DNA of 64,000 nt from Thermoanaerobaculia bacterium (GTDB lineage Bacteria > Acidobacteriota > Thermoanaerobaculia > Multivoradales > Multivoraceae), in the NCBI GenBank assembly GCA_963664405.1, contig OY761158.1, forward strand, positions 992,001 to 1,056,000. Direction: 5' to 3'. Positions 38,991-50,300 of this stretch are shown here, in pieces; positions within the stretch are counted from its first letter, which is position 1, and each line of letters starts with the position of its first letter. The translations under genes were made by a program, and so were the position numbers. The notes under the pieces were generated by a model. It was given only the letters and a program-made list of their open reading frames with translations. It did not search any database and was not told where the DNA came from.

Positions 38991-40915
38991 TCTTCGCCGT
39001 CGCCACTCCCGCCCAGAGCGAGGAACCGATTCCCGACGGCGAATGGCACCACTACGGACGCGACAAGGCGTCGAGCCGCTACTCCCCACTCGATCAGATC
39101 CAGCGCGAGAACGTCGGCGACCTGGTCGAAGTCTGGCGGTGGAGCTCGCCGGATACCCGAGTCCAGGCGCAGAACGGGAGCGTCAGACCTGGCGCCTTCA
39201 AAGCAACTCCGGTGATGGCCGGAGGGCTCCTCTACCTCCCCACCAGCCTGGGCGTCATTGTCGCGATCGACCCCGCCACAGGCAAGACCGTCTGGGAACA
39301 CGACCCCGAGAGCTACAAATCAGGCCGACCCGCCAATGCGGGCTGGCAGCATCGGGGGGCCGAGTACTGGAGCAACGGCGAGAAGCGGCGCATCATCATG
39401 GCGACCCACCACCGCCGTCTGATCTCCATCGACGCGGCGAACGGCAAGCCGGATCTCGACTTCGGCGTCGATGGTGACGGTTGGACCGATCTTGCAACCA
39501 GACTCGGTCGCGAGATCGACCCTCGCAAAATCACCCACAGCTCGCCGCCCATTGTCTGCAACGACACGATCGTGGTCGGCTCGATCGTCTCCGACGGTCC
39601 CACCAGCCCTGAGATGCCGCCAGGGCACGTGCGCGGATACGACGTCAACACCGGCGCCTTCAAGTGGATCTTTCACACCATCCCCCAGGAAGGTGAGAAC
39701 GGTACCGAGACCTGGCACGACGACTCTTGGAAGTACAGCGGCAACACCAATGTGTGGGCGACGCTTAGCTGTGACGAGGAGCTCGGATACGTCTACCTGC
39801 CCACCTCCACTCCCACCAGCGATTGGTACGGGGGGCATCGTCGCGGCGCCAATCTGTACGCAGAATCTCTGGTCGCCCTCGACGCCGCCACCGGCGAGCG
39901 CAAATGGCACTTCCAGGCGGTACACCACGGGCTGTGGGACTACGACTTTCCATGTGCGGCCAATCTCGTCGACATCACGGTCGACGGACGTCGCATCAAG
40001 GCCATAGCCCAGGTATCGAAGCAGGGATTCACCTATGTCTTCGACCGCCGAACAGGAGAGCCCGTTTGGCCCATCGAGGAGCGGGCCGTGCCACAGACCA
40101 CGGTACCGGGTGAGTGGACCTCTCCAACCCAGCCACACCCCACCAAGCCGCCTCCCTTCGAGCGTCAGGGAGTGAGTATCGACGACCTCATCGACTTCAC
40201 TCCAGAGCTACGGCAGAAAGCGCTCGACTTCGTCGAAGAGTACTTACTGGGCCCCCTCTATACGCCTCCCATCGTCGCCGGCGACAACGGAAAGAAGGCC
40301 ATCCTCCTTCTGCCCAGCCCCGCCGGTGGCGCCAACTGGCGAGGAGCGGCTTTCGACCCCGTGACCGGCATGCTCTATGTGCCGTCGATGACCCTCCTCA
40401 TGGAGCTGGCCCTGATCAAGCCTGATCCCGCTCGCAGCCGCCTCGACTACGCCGTCATTGGCGACGTCGTGGGCCTCGACCACCTGCCTCTGATCAAGCC
40501 TCCCTGGGGGCGGATCACCGCCATCGACCTCAACCAGGGCGAGATCGCCTGGGTCGTCCCCCACGGTGTCGGACCCAGAGACCACCCTCTGCTGGCAGGG
40601 CTAGAGCTGCCCCCACGCCTGGGCGCCGCACCCAACTTCTATCAGTCCAACGGCGGGGCAATGCTCACCAAGGAGCTGCTCTTCGTCATTCAGGCTGACG
40701 AGGAGCCCGGAAGCCGCACCCGCATGGGACCGGCGGGCAACCTCTCCGCCTTCGACAAAGAGACAGGAGAGCTCGTGTGGGAGCACCACTTCGCGCCGAC
40801 TCCCCATTCCAACCCGATGACCTATCTATGGCAGGATCGCCAGTATGTTGTCGTCTCCGCCGGCGGCGCCGGGCTGCCGGCGGAGCTCGTGGCGTTCGCG
40901 GTAGGAAGTAAGTAG
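38924..40915 (+). CDS. PQQ-dependent dehydrogenase (glucose/quinate type)
   Basis: WHHYGRD..SSRYSPLDQI, TP, HHGLWDYD, GGANW, KPPWG, PMTY. Confidence 0.9.
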   Translation: MTSSSHLSSGSVYCLLLTAYFSLFAVATPAQSEEPIPDGEWHHYGRDKASSRYSPLDQIQRENVGDLVEVWRWSSPDTRVQAQNGSVRPGAFKATPVMAGGLLYLPTSLGVIVAIDPATGKTVWEHDPESYKSGRPANAGWQHRGAEYWSNGEKRRIIMATHHRRLISIDAANGKPDLDFGVDGDGWTDLATRLGREIDPRKITHSSPPIVCNDTIVVGSIVSDGPTSPEMPPGHVRGYDVNTGAFKWIFHTIPQEGENGTETWHDDSWKYSGNTNVWATLSCDEELGYVYLPTSTPTSDWYGGHRRGANLYAESLVALDAATGERKWHFQAVHHGLWDYDFPCAANLVDITVDGRRIKAIAQVSKQGFTYVFDRRTGEPVWPIEERAVPQTTVPGEWTSPTQPHPTKPPPFERQGVSIDDLIDFTPELRQKALDFVEEYLLGPLYTPPIVAGDNGKKAILLLPSPAGGANWRGAAFDPVTGMLYVPSMTLLMELALIKPDPARSRLDYAVIGDVVGLDHLPLIKPPWGRITAIDLNQGEIAWVVPHGVGPRDHPLLAGLELPPRLGAAPNFYQSNGGAMLTKELLFVIQADEEPGSRTRMGPAGNLSAFDKETGELVWEHHFAPTPHSNPMTYLWQDRQYVVVSAGGAGLPAELVAFAVGSK

Positions 40916-41148
40916 TAAGAGGTAGGAGCTAAGAGGTGGGAAAATGAGTGCTGGGACGTAGTGATGAGAGCGAAGCGGAGAGAAGCTAGGGAGGCGGAGC
41001 GGCAGACCCGGAAGGATCCGTGGAGGTTGGACCGGACCGTCTACCTTCGGGGGTCGCAGTCCGAAGTTAGACGAGGTAGGCGCTCCTCCTTCAGTCCTCG
41101 CAGGAACTTCCGGTCTGCTTACTGCTTAGTGCTTACTGTTTACTTCCT
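40901..41148. repeat. inverted heptamer array
   Basis: GAAGTAAGTAGTAAGAGGTAG... facing CTGCTTACTGCTTAGTGCTTACTGTTTACTTC (41114-41148). Confidence 0.7.
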
Positions 41149-41737
41149 CCCCGGCTGCGGCAGAGACGCTCCGCTGCCCGAGCCGACCGGTAGCTCTGCG
41201 CCGTCGTCCAAGCGTGAGCCGGCACCACAGCGGCTCGCGAATCCGAGCCTCAGTCTGCTGGAAGCGGCGTTCGCCGGAGATGCGGACCAGGCCAGGCTGG
41301 CGCTCGACCAGGGCGCGGACCCGAATAAGCAGAGCGACGATGACCGCACCAGTCTGATGCTTGCGGCTTTCGACGGCCACACCGAGACCCTTCGCGTCCT
41401 CCTCGACCGAGGAGCGCAGGTCGACGACCGCGATCCCGCCGGCCGCACTGCCCTGATGTATGCCGCTAGTGGCCCCAACGCCGAGAGCGTACGCCTGCTC
41501 CTCGACTGGAAGGCCGATCCCCTGGTGACCGACCTCGAAGAACAGTTCACAGCCTTGATGTTCGCGGCCGCCGAGGGGCACCCGGATGTCGTTCAAATCC
41601 TTCTCGACTACGACTCCGACCCCAAGATGGTAGACATCGACGGCGAAACGGCGCTCGATTTCGCCACCCAGAGTGGGCATCTTGGGGTGGTGAAGTTGCT
41701 GAGTGGGGAACAGAGATCAGTAAACAGTAATCAGTGA
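40961..41737 (+). CDS. ankyrin-repeat protein, probable lipoprotein (start uncertain)
   Basis: RTSLMLAAFDGH, GRTALMYAA, TALMFAAAEGH, GETALDFA; LPGC lipobox-like motif. Confidence 0.85.
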   Translation: MMRAKRREAREAERQTRKDPWRLDRTVYLRGSQSEVRRGRRSSFSPRRNFRSAYCLVLTVYFLPGCGRDAPLPEPTGSSAPSSKREPAPQRLANPSLSLLEAAFAGDADQARLALDQGADPNKQSDDDRTSLMLAAFDGHTETLRVLLDRGAQVDDRDPAGRTALMYAASGPNAESVRLLLDWKADPLVTDLEEQFTALMFAAAEGHPDVVQILLDYDSDPKMVDIDGETALDFATQSGHLGVVKLLSGEQRSVNSNQ

Positions 41738-41826
41738 TCAGTCAAGGCAGGGAGAGAAGGAAGGAGGTCGCAATCACCGCCCGTCTCTTTCCTGCCTTTA
41801 CTGCTTACTGCTTACTGCTTACTTCC
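41718..41826. repeat. inverted heptamer array between convergent genes
   Basis: CAGTAAACAGTAATCAGTGATCAGT ... TTACTGCTTACTGCTTACTGCTTACTTC. Confidence 0.75.
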
Positions 41827-42304
41827 TTCTCTTCGGAAACTGCTTGAACATCTTCTTGACCGCCCGGCTCGCAATCTTCTGCTGCTTGTTGACGATCTGA
41901 GTTCCGATGCTCCCTTCGGCCTTGCCCCGCCAAACCACTTCTCGAGTCGCGCCGGCGAGGACGTCGACACTGAATATGCCACTATCGACAAACCGATCTT
42001 TCTCGACATTGATCTCGATATAGCAATCGGCGTCGCCGGCTACTCGTTCGTAGCCCCTACCCCTCATCTGCCTCTCGACTTCGGCGCGAACAGCTCCTTC
42101 AACCTGCACATTGGCCGCGGGGTTCCCTTCCCTCGACCAACTCCAGCTTCGGTAGCCGGCAATATCGGCACCGCCGAAGAACTCGACATCGATGAACAGA
42201 GCCGCGGCGGGGGCGGCCAGCAGCGCTAGCGCAAGAAGTGCGGTTAGGTGACGCCTCTTCAGATTCATTGGGGCCTTCCGACTGCCTATCAGCATAGCTC
42301 CCAA
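41819..42304 (-). CDS. secreted DUF4136-like protein
   Basis: Signal peptide; YRSWSW, AEVERQMRGRGY, VVWRG, AVKKMFKQFP. Confidence 0.7.
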   Translation of the reverse strand: MGAMLIGSRKAPMNLKRRHLTALLALALLAAPAAALFIDVEFFGGADIAGYRSWSWSREGNPAANVQVEGAVRAEVERQMRGRGYERVAGDADCYIEINVEKDRFVDSGIFSVDVLAGATREVVWRGKAEGSIGTQIVNKQQKIASRAVKKMFKQFPKRRK

Positions 42305-42339
42305 CGAGAGCCGAAGACAAATGATCAGGCTTCGGTATA

Positions 42340-43659
42340 GTGACTCTCGAGATGAGACTCGAAGAACGACAGGAGGGCGGTTTTCGAACCCCCATTGCCG
42401 TCGCGCTTGGATTGACCGCGTTGGCGCTGTCAGCGGCTGCCCAGGACTTCGAGACCCCGCCGGTCTTGCGCGCGCAAGACCTGGTGGATGAGGAGCTGCT
42501 GAGCGGCCCCCATCATGTTGTCGACGAGGAGGTCGCCAACGACGGGCGGATGAACCACTTCTTCCTCCGCTCCGACTTCGGCGACTTCGTGGCGGAAAGC
42601 GAGCCCATGCTGGGGGTCCGGGTGCAGGAGATGTACGCGATCGCCGAGCTCCAGGAGATCTCCCGCACCAAGGCCTTCGCCGACGCCATGAGAAGTGCGG
42701 CCATACAGCCGGTGAAGGCGGTCGGTCAGGTGGCGACCCACCCGGTAAATACGGTCAAAGGCCTGCCGTCCGGCATCAATCGGAAGTTCCGGGGGCTCGC
42801 CTACAAGGGCCGCAAGGCCACCCACAAGGTCCAAGAGGAGATCAAGCAGGAGGCCGACGAGGATCAGGAAGAGGACGAGACCGGCGAGGAAGGAGGGGCC
42901 TCCAAGGCGGCGGAGACGAGCGATCAGGTGACCGACGTCGCCAAGAGTGTGATGGGCTTCGACTCGGCCCGCCGCGATCTGGCGCGCCGACTCCAGGTCG
43001 ACCCTTACAGCACCAACCAGGTCCTCCAGCAGGAGCTCACACGCCTGGCCCAGGCCGCTTTCGCCGGCGGGCTGTCATTCCGCGCCGTAACGCCGCCCAC
43101 GACCGTGCTGAATGTCACCGGCGACATCAATGATCTGGTCTGGACGCTGTCGCCCACGGAGCTCGAGCGCAGGAACAACCTCGCCCTGACGGAGATGGGG
43201 GTCGAGAAGGCCCTTCGCCTCGAGTTCTTCGCCAACAAGGCCTACACCCCCACCTTGGAGACCGTGATCGTGCAGGCGCTTGGCGGGCTCGCAGAAGCAC
43301 GGAACCGCTCCCTCTTCGTCGAAATCGCCAACCGAGCCGAGACCGTGAGGGACGCTCGCTTCTTCGTCGGCGGGGTGCGCATCCTGGAGGCCTACGACGA
43401 CCGGGTGGCTCCGATCACTGAGATCGTGCTGGCCGGCAATGAGGAGTTCGGATCGTTGATCGTCGGCCTCACCTCGACGGGCCAAGCCATCGTTCCCGGT
43501 GCCGTGGACTACCTCATCTGGCAGGAGGGGATGGGCGTCGGCACCCTCGATGCCTACGAAAAGAAGACGGTTTGGCTACGGGGCCGGATCTCGCCTCGAG
43601 CTCGCACAGAGCTCGAGGCCAGAGGCTGGGAGATCGAGACCCGGGTCCTCGAAGGGTGA
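42340..43659 (+). CDS. secreted hypothetical protein
   Basis: Signal peptide, long ORF with coding-like codon usage, VDPYSTN motif. Confidence 0.75.
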   Translation: MTLEMRLEERQEGGFRTPIAVALGLTALALSAAAQDFETPPVLRAQDLVDEELLSGPHHVVDEEVANDGRMNHFFLRSDFGDFVAESEPMLGVRVQEMYAIAELQEISRTKAFADAMRSAAIQPVKAVGQVATHPVNTVKGLPSGINRKFRGLAYKGRKATHKVQEEIKQEADEDQEEDETGEEGGASKAAETSDQVTDVAKSVMGFDSARRDLARRLQVDPYSTNQVLQQELTRLAQAAFAGGLSFRAVTPPTTVLNVTGDINDLVWTLSPTELERRNNLALTEMGVEKALRLEFFANKAYTPTLETVIVQALGGLAEARNRSLFVEIANRAETVRDARFFVGGVRILEAYDDRVAPITEIVLAGNEEFGSLIVGLTSTGQAIVPGAVDYLIWQEGMGVGTLDAYEKKTVWLRGRISPRARTELEARGWEIETRVLEG

Positions 43660-43942
43660 GGACATCCTGCGCATTGAGCCGACCCCCCTGCGCCTGGCTG
43701 CACTCGTCTTCGGGCTGAGCCTTCCCGGCGCGACGCTCGCCGCCCAGGAGTCGCCGCCCGGGGCTACAACGGCCGTCGGTGACGAGATCGACGCCAGCAC
43801 TCGGCGCGAAGTGGTGAAACGCTCCACGAACCTGGGCGACGACGAACCGGGGGATCTGAGCATGGACAGCCTCAAGCTGTCCCTGGCTTTCGGTTGGAAC
43901 AAGCTGATCGAGCGCATGGGACGAATCGGGGGAGAGGGCTGA
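43660..43942 (+). pseudogene. remnant of a secreted/outer-membrane protein
   Basis: Signal-like LAALVFGLSLPGATLAAQ, then a very short body ending SLKLSLAFGW. Confidence 0.35.
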
Positions 43943-44103
43943 TCATGGCCTTGGGTTTACTATTCGGCCAACCGATGAGATCCTCAAGGAGAACCTCGAG
44001 TAGCTGTCGGGCGAGATGTGGCGAAAGCCGACACGAATAGACTGACTTTTCGGATAGATGCCACTTCCGAGGGCGAAACCGTCAACAACACACTGGGAAA
44101 ACG

Positions 44104-44874
44104 ATGAAGAACTGCCACCCTCTGCCGATTCGCGCAGCCCTGTTCGTGCTCAAAGCCTCCCTCGCCCTCTCCCTCTCGGGAGCTGGTGCCGTCCACGCCC
44201 AGGACGATGGCTGGAATTGGGATCTGGCCTTATACCTCTGGCCCAGTAACATCACCATCGACGCCGGCGACGACCGCACCTCGGTCGACTTCAAGGATCT
44301 CGTCGACAAGCTCGAGAGCGCCTTCGCGGCGCATTTCGAGGGTCGCCGTGGTAAAGGCGGTTTCCTCGTCGACGTGATGCTGGTTTCCGTTGCCGACGAC
44401 GCGTTGACCGAGGGTCATCCGGACCTGCCGGACGGCTCCCTGGTCGAGCTCGATGTCGACCAAGGTCTGTACGAGGTCGGCGGCTTCTACCGCCCCGGCG
44501 GGCAGGAGGACGGCTTCGACGTCCTCGCCGGAGTGCGGCTGCTGCAGCTAGATGACGCCCTCACAGTGACACTGCCGATAGGGGCCTCTGACACCGAGAA
44601 GTCAGACTCCAGTTTCACGGACGGCTTCATCGGCGTCCGCTACAGCGATCGCTTGAGCAACCGGCTCGGCTACCAGATTCGGATCGATTTCGCGAGCGGT
44701 GACACCGATTCGACTTGGAACACCGTCGCCGGGCTCACGGTGGGGGTCGGCAAGAAGGGCAACAAGAATCTGATCTTCGGCTACAGGCGGCTCGACTTCG
44801 ATCTCAAAGATCAGGAGGTCGAGAGCCAGCTCGAGATGAGCGGCCCATTCTTTGCCTTCAACGTCGGATTCTGA
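44104..44874 (+). CDS. outer-membrane beta-barrel protein
   Basis: Signal peptide, amphipathic strands, C-terminal Phe (FNVGF). Confidence 0.75.
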   Translation: MKNCHPLPIRAALFVLKASLALSLSGAGAVHAQDDGWNWDLALYLWPSNITIDAGDDRTSVDFKDLVDKLESAFAAHFEGRRGKGGFLVDVMLVSVADDALTEGHPDLPDGSLVELDVDQGLYEVGGFYRPGGQEDGFDVLAGVRLLQLDDALTVTLPIGASDTEKSDSSFTDGFIGVRYSDRLSNRLGYQIRIDFASGDTDSTWNTVAGLTVGVGKKGNKNLIFGYRRLDFDLKDQEVESQLEMSGPFFAFNVGF

Positions 44875-45579
44875 TCGTTGGTACTCAGGATGAAGCCGTG
44901 CTGTGCTGGATACCGAAAAGGCCGCAAAGAACCGCATCGGCGAGGGTGTCGCATTGTTTGGCAAATGACGACACGAGTAGCCGGAGCCTGATGAGCCTCC
45001 GGAGCTGAGTTGGCACCTTTTCTAGTGGATTGCGACAGCTATCCAGACCTGGCTATGAGTCTGGGTCCGCTGGGCGGTAGACTCGCGCCAGACTATGGCG
45101 CTAGAAGCAGGCACTCGTCTCGGCCACTACGAAGTGGTCTCCTCGCGCGGTTCGAGAGGTATGGGAGAGGTCTAAGAGTGCCCGCCTCGCCTTCGCTGCC
45201 GCAGAACGTCGTCACAGCGTTCAAGTGGCTGCTTTGGTGGTTTGTTTGGGCATTGGCGAACTACTTTGGCTATGGTCTGGGCTTCGCTGTTGCGAGGGCC
45301 ACCGCGTAGTCCGTCGGCGGGGATGTGGGACGGATGGTAGGGGACTTGGGGCCGCTACACGTCAGCCCTCATGGGAACGCCGTGCTCGGGTTTCTAGCAT
45401 TCGTGATCGTCTTCGTCATCATGGCCGTTGCTCGCGTTCCTGTTCTGGTTCTATTTGTTGATGCACCCATCGGTGGGGCTCGACCCCGGAGTGCTTGCCG
45501 AAGAAGTTCTCTTCTTCGACAGCGGTCACCCCTCCTTCAGAGGTCCATGCTGACGGCATGAGATTCGTCCGTCAACCCC

Positions 45580-46158
45580 CTAGCGTGACGGGAACTTCGC
45601 CAGAATTCGATTCGCCGCCTTGCGCACCTTCTTCCATATCCGCTCGGTGTCGAGTCGGCCGCCGATGGTGAGCGCATCTCCCCCTCCCCAGAAGGGCTCT
45701 TCCTCTCCTGGCTCATGCATGCGGATCACCAGCACGCCCTGAGATGTCCAATCCGGCACCCCGGGTCCAGGACCGATGCCCACCCAGACAACGTTCTCGG
45801 TCACCACCTCGCGCACACCGCCGATCATGTTCAGACTGTCGGAGAGCGCACCATCGAAGGTGATCATGAAGTCGGGATTCTCGGTATCCCTCTCGAAGCC
45901 CTTCTTCGCCAGCCCCTCGACGATGAGCGCCCGCAGTCGCGGGTAGAGGACCGACGCGTAGGCCCCTTCTGTGATCCGAGACTCGTGAAGAAAGAAGTCG
46001 TAGGTGTGGATCTGTTGGTAGTCGAACCCCTCCTGCTCGAGGACACGGACCTTGGCCGCCTCGGCCACCGGGGCGAACAGAAAAAGAACAGCTGCGCCAA
46101 GAACGAGAGAGCTTGCGCTCTTGAGGCACGAGAGTACTGTGGGTGTGGCCTCGCGCAT
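45580..46158 (-). CDS. secreted DUF4136-like protein (paralog of 58918-59490)
   Basis: AEAAKVR, TYDFF, PDFMITFD, GVLVIRMHE, ILAKFP. Confidence 0.75.
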   Translation of the reverse strand: MREATPTVLSCLKSASSLVLGAAVLFLFAPVAEAAKVRVLEQEGFDYQQIHTYDFFLHESRITEGAYASVLYPRLRALIVEGLAKKGFERDTENPDFMITFDGALSDSLNMIGGVREVVTENVVWVGIGPGPGVPDWTSQGVLVIRMHEPGEEEPFWGGGDALTIGGRLDTERIWKKVRKAANRILAKFPSR

Positions 46159-46278
46159 GGGGTTCGGTGTGGACGCCTGGTCACGCCGGGTGAGACTCTA
46201 GCAGGCCTGGCGCGTGCTACGCTTCTCCCTAACAAGTACTTCTTGTCGGCTGGTTCAGACGGGGGAGGGAAAGGCATC

Positions 46279-47382
46279 TTGACGAGCCTACGAGTTCCAC
46301 TAGCACTGCCCGCCTATCGTAGAGCTCTGGCGCTGCTCATCGCGGTCACTACCGTAGTCGTCTTTGCGAGCGGGTGTAGCGAAGAGGCGCCTCCACCGGA
46401 GCCGTCGTTTCGGCCGATCAAGACCCTGACCATCGGCGGCACCGCCAGTGGTGGCATACGGGAGTACCCCGGCACCATCGCGGCGGCGCAGAACGCGGAG
46501 CTCTCTTTCGGGGTAGCCGCACGCCTAGAGGCTTTCGACGTCAAAGAAGGTCAGGAGGTCGAAGCCGGAGCGATACTCGCCCGCCTCGATGACCGCGACT
46601 ACCAGGCCCGTCTCGACTCGGCGCGGGCGGATCTCACCAACGCCAAGACCGAGCACGAGCGCTACCAGAAGCTCTTTGAAGAGGGCGTCGTCCCCGCTTC
46701 CGAGCGTGATACGCGCAAGACCGCCTACGAAGTCTCCGAGGCCCGCTTCAGAGAAGCGGAGAAAGCTTCCGAAGAGACGATCCTCCGCGCCCCGTTCGCG
46801 GGAACCGTAGCCAAGCGTCTGGTCGACGACTTCGAGAACGTCCTGGCGAAGCAAGCGATCCTCATCCTCCAGGATGACAAAGGCCTCGAGATCAAGGTCA
46901 ACATCCCCGAGCGCGACGCCGCCCGCGGCCGCGCCGATGCGGAAGAGATGCAGCAACGCCTGCGGCCACGGGTAGTGGTGACGTCCCTGCCGGACCGCGA
47001 GTTGCCGGCCCGGATCAAAGAGTTCTCGACCACGGCCGACCCGGCGACGCGCACTTTCGAGGCTACCTTGACCTTCGATCCGCCCGAGGACGTTCGCGTC
47101 CTCTCCGGCATGACCGCCAAGGTAGTGATCGACGCCCTGGTCGAAGTCGAGGAGGGTCTGACCATTCCATCCGGTGCCGCGCTGGCGGACGAGAGCGGCT
47201 CTGCCTACGTCTGGCTGGTCGAGCCCGGCGCGATGACGATCAGCCGCCGCCAGGTAGAGCTAGGCGAGCTGACCGGCTCTGAGGTGTCGATCTTGGGCGG
47301 CCTCGATTCCGGCGACGAGATCGCGATCTCGGGAATGCACCAGCTGCGCGAAGGTATGGCGGTCCGGCGCCTGGGCGAATGA
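46279..47382 (+). CDS. RND efflux periplasmic adaptor (MFP) lipoprotein
   Basis: TTG start after GGAGG; ASGC lipobox; VKEGQEV..G.ILARLD, LRAPFAG, DPATRTF. Confidence 0.9.
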   Translation: MTSLRVPLALPAYRRALALLIAVTTVVVFASGCSEEAPPPEPSFRPIKTLTIGGTASGGIREYPGTIAAAQNAELSFGVAARLEAFDVKEGQEVEAGAILARLDDRDYQARLDSARADLTNAKTEHERYQKLFEEGVVPASERDTRKTAYEVSEARFREAEKASEETILRAPFAGTVAKRLVDDFENVLAKQAILILQDDKGLEIKVNIPERDAARGRADAEEMQQRLRPRVVVTSLPDRELPARIKEFSTTADPATRTFEATLTFDPPEDVRVLSGMTAKVVIDALVEVEEGLTIPSGAALADESGSAYVWLVEPGAMTISRRQVELGELTGSEVSILGGLDSGDEIAISGMHQLREGMAVRRLGE

Positions 47383-47389
47383 TCCGCCG

Positions 47390-50300
47390 ATGAATCTGGC
47401 CGAGGCCTCGATCCGCAACCGCACCGTCACCCTCGTGCTGACGGTGGTGATGCTTGGCGGCGGCATCGTCTCGTATCAGGGCTTATCCCGCCTCGAGGAC
47501 CCCGAATTCACCATCAAAGAGGCCCTGGTCGTCACGCCCTACCCCGGCGCCGCTGCCACCGAGGTCGAGGAGGAAGTGAGCGACGCGCTCGAGATCGCGG
47601 TCCAGAAGATGGGACAGCTCAAGGAGGTGGAGTCGAAGTCGGACCGCGGCCTCTCCACACTCACGGTCCGGATCAAGGATCACTTCGGCAGGGACGATCT
47701 CCCCCAGGTCTGGGACGAGCTCAGACGCAAGGTCGGAGACGCCCAGAAGGACCTGCCGCCCGGGGCCGGGCCGTCGATCGTGGTCGACGACTTCGGCGAT
47801 GTCTACGGCATCTTCATCGCCATCTACGGCGCCGAGTACAGCTACGCCGAGATCAAGGATTTCGCCAAGCTGCTGCGCCGTGAGCTACTCCTGGTCCAGG
47901 ACGTGGCGAAGATCGACTTCTGGGGAGAGCGCACCGAGGCGGTCTACGTCGAGCCCTCTCGAGAACGGATGTCACAGCTCGGCATCCAGCCCGGAGCCAT
48001 CGCCGACGCCCTCCGGCGCAAGAACATCGTCACCGACTCGGGACGGGTCCGGGTCGGCTCCGAGTTCATCGCCATCCAGCCTACTGGGACCTTCAGCGAA
48101 GTAGAAGACTTCGGTTCGCTCCTGATCCGCGGCGGAGATCCAACCGCGCAGCTCTACCTGCGTGACGTTGCCGAAATACGTCGCGGCTACGTGGAGCCTC
48201 AGGACAGGATTCTGCGCTACGACGGCAATGTGGCTATCGGCCTTGGAATCTCGACGATCTCGGGCGGCAACGTCGTCAGGATGGGCGCGCTGGCGCGCCA
48301 GCGCTTGGTCGAGCTGCAAGAACAATGGCCTCTCGGTATCGAGGTCGGCGTTATCTCCCTCCAATCCGAGGCGGTGGCGATCGCCATCTCCAGCTTCCTC
48401 GTCAGCCTGCTGGAGGCGGTGGCGATCGTGATCGTAGTGCTCCTTCTCTTCATGGGGCTGCGCAGCGGACTCTTGATCGGCTTCGTCTTGGCGCTCACCA
48501 TCTGCGGCACCTTCATCTTCATGGCCCCGTGGAATGTGGCCTTGGAGCGTATTTCTCTCGGCGCCCTCATCATCGCCCTCGGCATGCTTGTCGACAACGC
48601 CATCGTGGTGGTCGACGGAATGCTCATCGGCATCAAGAAGGGCAAGACCGCTAAAGACGCCGCAATCGACGTCGTCGCCCAGACCTCGATACCGCTCCTC
48701 GGAGCTACCGCGGTGGCGGTGATGGCGTTCGGCGCCATCGGCCTCTCCAACGACAGCACCGGCGAGTTCTGCCGCTCGCTCTTCCAGGTGGTCTTCATCT
48801 CGCTCTCGCTTTCCTGGGTCACTGCTGTGACCGTAACGCCGGTGCTTGGGGTGATGTTCCTCAAGGTACCCGAGGGAGGCGACGACTCCGCGGAGGAGGA
48901 GGACCCCTACCGCGGATTGATCTACACCGCTTATAGCGGTTTCTTGCGGGCGTGCATTCGCGCGCGATGGCTCACCGTGGGCGTCGTTCTCGCAATCTTC
49001 GTGGCTTCGCTGTGGGGATTCGGCTTCGTCAAGCAGAGCTTCTTCCCCGACTCGACGCGTCCCCAGTACCTACTCGACTTCTGGCTGCCCCAGGGCACCC
49101 ACATCAACGAGACGATGCGCGTCGCAGGCGAGATCGAGGACACTCTTCTGGCCCAAGACTCGACCACCCATGTGAGCACGCTGGTCGGCGCCGGTGGTAT
49201 GCGCTTCCTTCTCACCTACGCTCCCGAGAAGCTGAACAGTGCCTATGCCCAGTTTCTCGTCGACGTCGACGACTACCGCGAGATCCCGAGGCTGATCGAC
49301 GAGATCGAGAAGAGCATCGCCGAGCGCTACCCTGATGCCCAGGCCTACGGCAAGCAGTTCTTGCTCGGCCCCGGGGGAGGAGGCAAGATCCAAGCCCGTT
49401 GGAGCGGACCCGAAGCCGACCAGCTGCGCCATCTCGCCGCGGAGACCGAGCGCATTCTGGCCGAGGACGGCGGAGCCAAGGCGGTGCGCACCGACTGGCG
49501 CCAGCGCGTCAAGCTGATGCAGCCGGTGCTCGCAGAAGCGGAGGCCAACCGAGCTGGCATCACTCGGCCGGACGTGGCGTCCGCGATCAAGGCGGGCTTT
49601 CAAGGGGAGGCGTTCGGGGTCTTTCGCGACGGAGACGAGCTGCTGCCCATCATCCTGCGGGCCCCTGAAGAAGAGCGCTCCGATGTCGGAAGCATCCAGA
49701 ACTTACAGATCTGGAGCCCTGGCGCAGGGCGCATGATCCCTCTGCGACAGGTGGTCTCCGGTTTCGAGACCGGCTTCGAGGACGAGATCATCTGGCGCCT
49801 CAACCGCAAACGCACCATCACCACCCACGCCGATCAGGCCTACGGCCAGGCGAGCCAGCTGCTGGCGCGGGTCCAGGCCGAGATCGAGGGGATCGAGCGT
49901 CCGGCGGGGTACGAGTTGGCGTGGTGGGGCGAGTACAGAGACTCGCGGCGGGCCCAGGGCGGGATCGTTGCCAGTCTTCCTCTCTTCGTCCTCGCAATGG
50001 TGTTGATCGTCATCACTCTCTTCGGCGGTCTCCGCCAGCCTGCGGCGATCTTTCTCACCGTGCCTCTGGCCCTCATCGGTGTCACCGCGGGGCTCCTCGC
50101 GACCGACCAGCCTTTCGGTTTCATGGCCCTCTTGGGCTTTCTCTCCTTGACCGGGATGTTGATCAAGAACGCCATCGTCCTGATCGACGAGATCGAGCTC
50201 CAGAAGCGAGAGGGCAAGGGGCCTCTCGCCGCGATTCTCGACTCGGGGGTGAGCCGTCTGCGGCCGGTCTCGATGGCGGCGCTGACCACCGCTCTCGGCA

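Noticed and set aside
45715-46278. N-terminal extension of the RND adaptor ORF
   Set aside because: It is antisense to the DUF4136-like gene. A TTG with RBS and lipoprotein signal at 46279 is the better start.
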